Assembly: GCA_964016885.1 (NCBI GenBank)
Contig: OZ024742.1
Location: 44,578,001-44,642,000 of the forward strand
Direction of reading: 5' to 3'
Length of the DNA: 64,000 nucleotides
Source: Eledone cirrhosa
Lineage: Eukaryota
Positions 58,801-64,000 of this stretch are shown piece by piece (position 1 is the stretch's first letter; every line of letters begins with the position of its first letter). The position numbers and the translations under genes were made by a program. The notes beneath the pieces are model-generated. The model had not been told where the DNA came from. It saw nothing but the letters and a program-made list of their open reading frames with translations, and did not search any database.

Positions 58801-61800
58801 TGTGTAGGTGTGTGTGTGTGACAAAGGTGGGGCAGTAGTGGTGCTGGCTAGTGTGTAGGTGTGTGTGTGTGACAAAGGTGGGGCAGTAGTGGTCATGGCT
58901 AGTGTGCAGGTGTGTGTGTGTGACAAAGGTGGGGCAGTAGTGGTGCTGGCTAGTGTGTAGGTGTGTGTGTGTGACAAAGGTGGGGCAGTAGTGGTGCTGG
59001 CTAGTGTGTAGGTGTGTGTGTGTGACAAAGGTGGGGCAATAGTGGTGCTGGCTAGTGTGTAGGTGTGTGTGTGTGACAAAGGTGGGGCAGTAGTGGTGCT
59101 GGCTAGTGTGTAGGTGTGTGTGTGTGTGACAAAGGTGGGGCAGTAGTGGTGCTGGCTAGTGTGTAGGTGTGTGTGTGTGACAAAGGTGGAGCAGTAGTGG
59201 TGCTGGCTAGTGTGTAGGTGTGTGTGTGTGTAACAAAGGTGGGGCAGTAGTGGTGCTGGCTAGTGTGTAGGTGTGTGTGTGTGTGACAAAGGTGGGGCAG
59301 TAGTGGTGCTGGCTAGTGTGTAGGTGTGTGTGTGTGACAAAGGTGGGGCAGTAGTGGTCATGGCTAGTGTGTAGGTGTGTGTGTGTGACAAAGGTGGGGC
59401 AGTAGTGGTCATGGCTAATGTGTAGGTGGGTGTGTGTGACAAAGGTGGGGCAGTAGTGCTGCTGGCTAGTGTGTAGGTGTGTGTGTGTGACAAAGGTGGG
59501 GCAATAGTGGTGCTGGCTAGTGTGTAGGTGTGTGTGTGTGTGACAAAGGTGGGGCAGTAGTGGTGCTGGCTAGTGTGTAGGTGTGTGTGTGTGACAAAGG
59601 TGGGGCAATAGTGGTGCTGGCTAGTGTGTAGGTGTGTGTGTGTGTGACAAAGGTGGGGCAGTAGTGGTGCTGGCTAGTGTGTAGGTGTGTGTGTGTGACA
59701 AAGGTGGGGCAGTAGTGGTGCTGGCTAGTGTGTAGGTGTGTGTGTGTGACAAAGGTGGGGCAGTAGTGGTGCTGGCTAGTGTGTAGGTGTGTGTGTGTGA
59801 CAAAGGTGGGGCAATAGTGGTGCTGGCTAGTGTGTAGGTGTGTGTGTGTGACAAAGGTGGGGCAGTAGTGGTGCTGGCTAGTGTGTAGGTGTGTGTGTAT
59901 GACAAGGATGGGGCAGTAGTGGTGCTGGCTAGTGTGTAGGTGTGTGTGTGTGACAAATGTGGGGCAGTATTGGTGCTGGCTAGTGTGTAGGTGTGTGTGT
60001 GTAACAAGGATGGGGCAGTAGTGGTGCTGGCTAGTGTGAAGGTGTGTGTGTGTGTGACAAAGGTGGAGCAGTAGTGGTGCTGGCTAGTGTGTAGGTGTGT
60101 GTGTGTGACAAAGGTGGGGCAGTAGTGGTGCTGGCTAGTGTGTAGGTGTGTGTGTGTGTGACACAGGTGGGGCAGTAGTGGTGCTGGCTAGTGTGTAGGT
60201 GTGTGTGTGTGACAAATGTGGGGCAGTAGTGGTGCTGGCTAGTGTGTAGGTGTGTGTGTGTGTGTGACAAGGATGGGGCAGTAGTGGTGCTGGCTAGTGT
60301 GTAGGTGTGTGTGTGTGTGACAAAGGTGGAGCAGTAGTGGTGCTGGCTAGTGTGTAGGTGTGTGTGTGTGACAAAGGTGGGACAGTAGTGGTTCTGCCTA
60401 GTGTGTAGGTGTGTGTGTGTGTGACACAGGTGGGGCAGTAGTGGTGCTGGCTAGTGTGTAGGTGTGTGTGTGTGACAAATGTGGGGCAGTAGTGGTGCTG
60501 GCTAATGTGTAGGTGTGTGTGTGTGTGTGACAAGGATGGGGCAGTAGTGGTGCTGGCTAGTGTGTAGGTGTGTGTGTGTGACAAAGGTGGGGCAGTAGTG
60601 GTGCTGGCTAGTGTGTAGGTGTGTGTGTGTGTGACAAAGGTGGAGCAGTAGTGGTGCTGGCTAGTGTGTAGGTGTGTGTGTGTGACAAAGGTGGGGCAGT
60701 AGTGGTGCTGGCTAGTGTGTAGGTGTGTGTGTGTGACAAGGATGGGGCAGTAGTGGTGCTGGCTAGTGTGTAGGTGTGTGTGTGTGATAAATGTGGGGCA
60801 GTAGTGGTGCTGGCTAGTGTGTAAGTGTGTGTGTGTGTGACAAAGATGGGACAGTAGTGGTGCTGGCTAGTGTGTAGGTGTGTGTGTGTGTGACAAAGGT
60901 GGGGCAGTAGTGGTGCTGGCTAGTGTGTAGGTGTGTGTGTGTGACAAAGGTGGGGCAGTAGTGGTGCTGGCTAGTGTGTAGGTGTGTGTGTGTGACAAAG
61001 GTGGGGCAGTAGTGGTGCTGGCTAGTGTGTAAGTGTGTGTGTGTGTGACAAAGTTGGGAGAGTAGTGGTGCTGGCTAGTGTGTAGGTGTGTGTGTGTGTG
61101 ACAAAGGTGGGGCAGTAGTGGTGCTGGCTATTGTGTAGGTGTGTGTGTGTTACATGGATGGGACAGTAGTGTTGCTGGCTAGTCTGTAGGTGTGTGTGTG
61201 TGACAAAGGTGGGGCAGTAGTGCTGCTGGCTAGTGTGTAGGTGTGTGTGTGTGACAAAGATGGGGCAGTAGTGGTGCTGGCTAGTGTGTAGGTGTGTGTG
61301 TGTGACACGGATGGGGCAATAGTGGTGCTGGCTAGTGTGTAGGTGTGTGTGTGTGACAAGGATGGGGCAGTAGTGTTGCTGGCTAGTGTGTAGGTGTGTC
61401 TGTGTGACAAGGATGGGGCAGTATTGGTGCTGGCTAGTGTGTAGGTGTGGGTGTGTGACAAGGATGGGGCAGTAGTGGTGCTGGCTAGTGTGTAGGTGTG
61501 TGTGTGTGACAAAGGTGGGGCAGTAATGGTGCTGGCTAGTGTGTAGGTGTGTGTGTGTGACAAGGATGGGGCAGTAGTGGTGATGGCTAGTGTGTAGGTG
61601 TGTGTGTGTGACAAAGATGGGGCAGTAGTGGTGCTGGCTAGTGTGTAGGTGTGTGTGTGTGACAAAGGTGGGACAGTAGTGGTGCTGGCTAGTGTGTAGG
61701 TGTGTGACAAAGGTGGGGCAGTAGTGGTGCTGGCTAGTGTGTAGGTGTGTGTGTGTGACAAAGATGGGGCAGTAGTGGTGCTGGCTAGTGTGTAGGTGTG

Positions 61801-64000
61801 TGTGTGTGACAAAGATGGGGCAGTAGTGGTGCTGGCTAGTGTGTAGGTGTGTGTGTGTGACAAGGATGGGGCAGTAGTGGTGCTGGCTAGTGTGTAGGTG
61901 TGTGTGTGTGTGACAAAGGTGGGGCAGTAGTGGTGCTGGCTAGTGTGTAGGTGTGTGTGTGTGTGACAAAGGTGGGGCAGTAGTGGTGCTGGCTAGTGTG
62001 TAGGTGTGTGTGTGTGACAAAGATGGGGCAGTAGTGGTGCTGGCTAGTGTGTAGGTGTGTGTGTGTGACAAGGATGGGGCAGTAGTGGTGCTGGCTAGTG
62101 TGTAGGTGTGTGTGTGTGACAAAGGTGGGGCAGTAGTGGTGCTGGCTAGTGTGTAGGTGTGTGTGTGTGACAAAGGTGGGGCAGTAGTGGTCATGGCTAG
62201 TGTGCAGGTGTGTGTGTGTGACAAAGGTGGGGCAGTAGTGGTGCTGGCTAGTGTGTAGGTGTGTGTGTGTGACAAAGGTGGGGCAGTAGTGGTGCTGGCT
62301 AGTGTGTAGGTGTGTGTGTGTGACAAAGGTGGGGCAATAGTGGTGCTGGCTAGTGTGTAGGTGTGTGTGTGTGACAAAGGTGGGGCAGTAGTGGTGCTGG
62401 CTAGTGTGTAGGTGTGTGTGTGTGTGACAAAGGTGGGGCAGTAGTGGTGCTGGCTAGTGTGTAGGTGTGTGTGTGTGACAAAGGTGGAGCAGTAGTGGTG
62501 CTGGCTAGTGTGTAGGTGTGTGTGTGTGTAACAAAGGTGGGGCAGTAGTGGTGCTGGCTAGTGTGTAGGTGTGTGTGTGTGTGACAAAGGTGGGGCAGTA
62601 GTGGTGCTGGCTAGTGTGTAGGTGTGTGTGTGTGACAAAGGTGGGGCAGTAGTGGTCATGGCTAGTGTGTAGGTGTGTGTGTGTGACAAAGGTGGGGCAG
62701 TAGTGGTCATGGCTAATGTGTAGGTGTGTGTGTGTGACAAAGGTGGGGCAGTAGTGCTGCTGGCTAGTGTGTAGGTGTGTGTGTGTGACAAAGGTGGGGC
62801 AATAGTGGTGCTGGCTAGTGTGTAGGTGTGTGTGTGTGTGACAAAGGTGGGGCAGTAGTGGTGCTGGCTAGTGTGTAGGTGTGTGTGTGTGACAAAGGTG
62901 GGGCAATAGTGGTGCTGGCTAGTGTGTAGGTGTGTGTGTGTGTGACAAAGGTGGGGCAGTAGTGGTGCTGGCTAGTGTGTAGGTGTGTGTGTGTGACAAA
63001 GGTGGGGCAGTAGTGGTGCTGGCTAGTGTGTAGGTGTGTGTGTGTGACAAAGGTGGGGCAGTAGTGGTGCTGGCTAGTGTGTAGGTGTGTGTGTGTGACA
63101 AAGGTGGGGCAATAGTGGTGCTGGCTAGTGTGTAGGTGTGTGTGTGTGACAAAGGTGGGGCAGTAGTGGTGCTGGCTAGTGTGTAGGTGTGTGTGTGTGT
63201 GACAAAGGTGGGGCAGTAGTGGTGCTGGCTAGTGTGTAGGTGTGTGTGTGTGACAAAGGTGGAGCAGTAGTGGTGCTGGCTAGTGTGTAGGTGTGTGTGT
63301 GTGACAAAGGTGGGGCAGTAGTGGTGCTGGCTAGTGTGTAGGTGTGTGTGTGTGTGACAAAGGTGGGGCAGTAGTGGTGCTGGCTAGTGTGTAGGTGTGT
63401 GTGTGTGACAAAGGTGGGGAAGTAGTGGTGCTGGCTAGTGTGTAGGTGTGTGTGTATGACAAATGTGGGGCAGTAGTGGTGCTGGCTAGTGTGTAGGTGT
63501 GTGTGTGTGACAAGGATGGGGCAGTAGTGGTGCTGGCTAGTGTGTAGGTGTGTGTGTGTGATAAAGGTGGGGCAGTAGTGGTGCTGGCTAGTGTGTAGGT
63601 GTGTGTGTGTGACAAGGATGGGGCAGTAGTGGTGCTGGCTAGTGTGTAGGTGTGTGTGTGTGACAAAGATGGGGCAGTAGTGGTGCTGGCTAGTGTGTAG
63701 GTGTGTGTGTGTGACAAAGGTGGGGCAGTAGTGGTGCTGGCTAGTGTGTAGGTGTGTGTGTGTGACAAAGGTGGGGCAGTAGTGGTGCTGGCTAGTGTGT
63801 AAGTGTGTGTGTGTGTGACAAAGATGGGGCAGTAGTGGTGCTGGCTAGTGTGTAGGTGTGTGTGTGTGTGACAAAGGTGGGGCAGTAGTGGTGCTGGCTA
63901 GTGTGTAGGTGTGTGTGTGTGACAAGGATGGGGCAGTAGTGGTGCTGGCTGGTGTGTAGGTGTGTGTGTGTGTGACAAGGATGGGGCAGTAGTGGTGCTG
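40816..64000. repeat. Satellite 2: about 51-bp unit TGACAAAGGTGGGGCAGTAGTGGTGCTGGCTAGTGTGTAG(GT)n, more than 23 kb, about 450 copies, runs off the window
   Basis: The modal unit is 51 bp (SHTHTYTLASTTTAPPL on the minus strand). Length variants arise from 2-bp steps in the (GT)n tract. Confidence 0.98.

Noticed and set aside
40997-63768. Dozens of His/Thr-rich ORFs (SHTHTYTLASTTTAPPL / HTHLHTSQHHYCPTFVT) on the minus strand
   Set aside because: These are translations of satellite 2. The frame is broken constantly by 2-bp (GT) slippage and the starts are non-ATG.
40816-64000. CRISPR-like regular repeats
   Set aside because: There are no unique spacers, the context is eukaryotic and no cas genes are present; it is a plain tandem array.

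Overview
Eukaryotic, repeat-dominated DNA, probably cephalopod (Octopus-like, inferred from the SINE/RTE/Dong repeat mix). I could not support any host protein-coding gene. Positions 1-9.7 kb hold the 3' end of a Dong/R4-type element. It faces, across a (TAA)n tract, two tandem Tx1/L1-clade LINEs on the minus strand (one near full-length, one 5'-truncated), followed by a CR1 fragment. Positions 9.7-33.7 kb are AT-rich DNA with piggyBac, hAT and Tc1-type MITEs, RTE/CR1/CRE fragments, SINEs and two diverged Penelope-like elements (PLEs; 13.9-17.5 kb + and 29.5-31.9 kb -). Both PLEs have RT plus a C-terminal GIY-YIG endonuclease and an unusually long segment between RT motifs A and B. Both also share a 3' pseudo-LTR module: GCATGCG palindrome, AAAATGGCG, a minimal hammerhead ribozyme, a TATA-like tract and the start of the ORF (MTLPKYNNI). 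A third hammerhead-like motif lies in a 50-bp inverted repeat at 11.2 kb. Positions 34.7-64 kb are two adjacent G/T-rich satellites, both with a 51-bp unit and apparently related; the second has multi-kb higher-order duplications.
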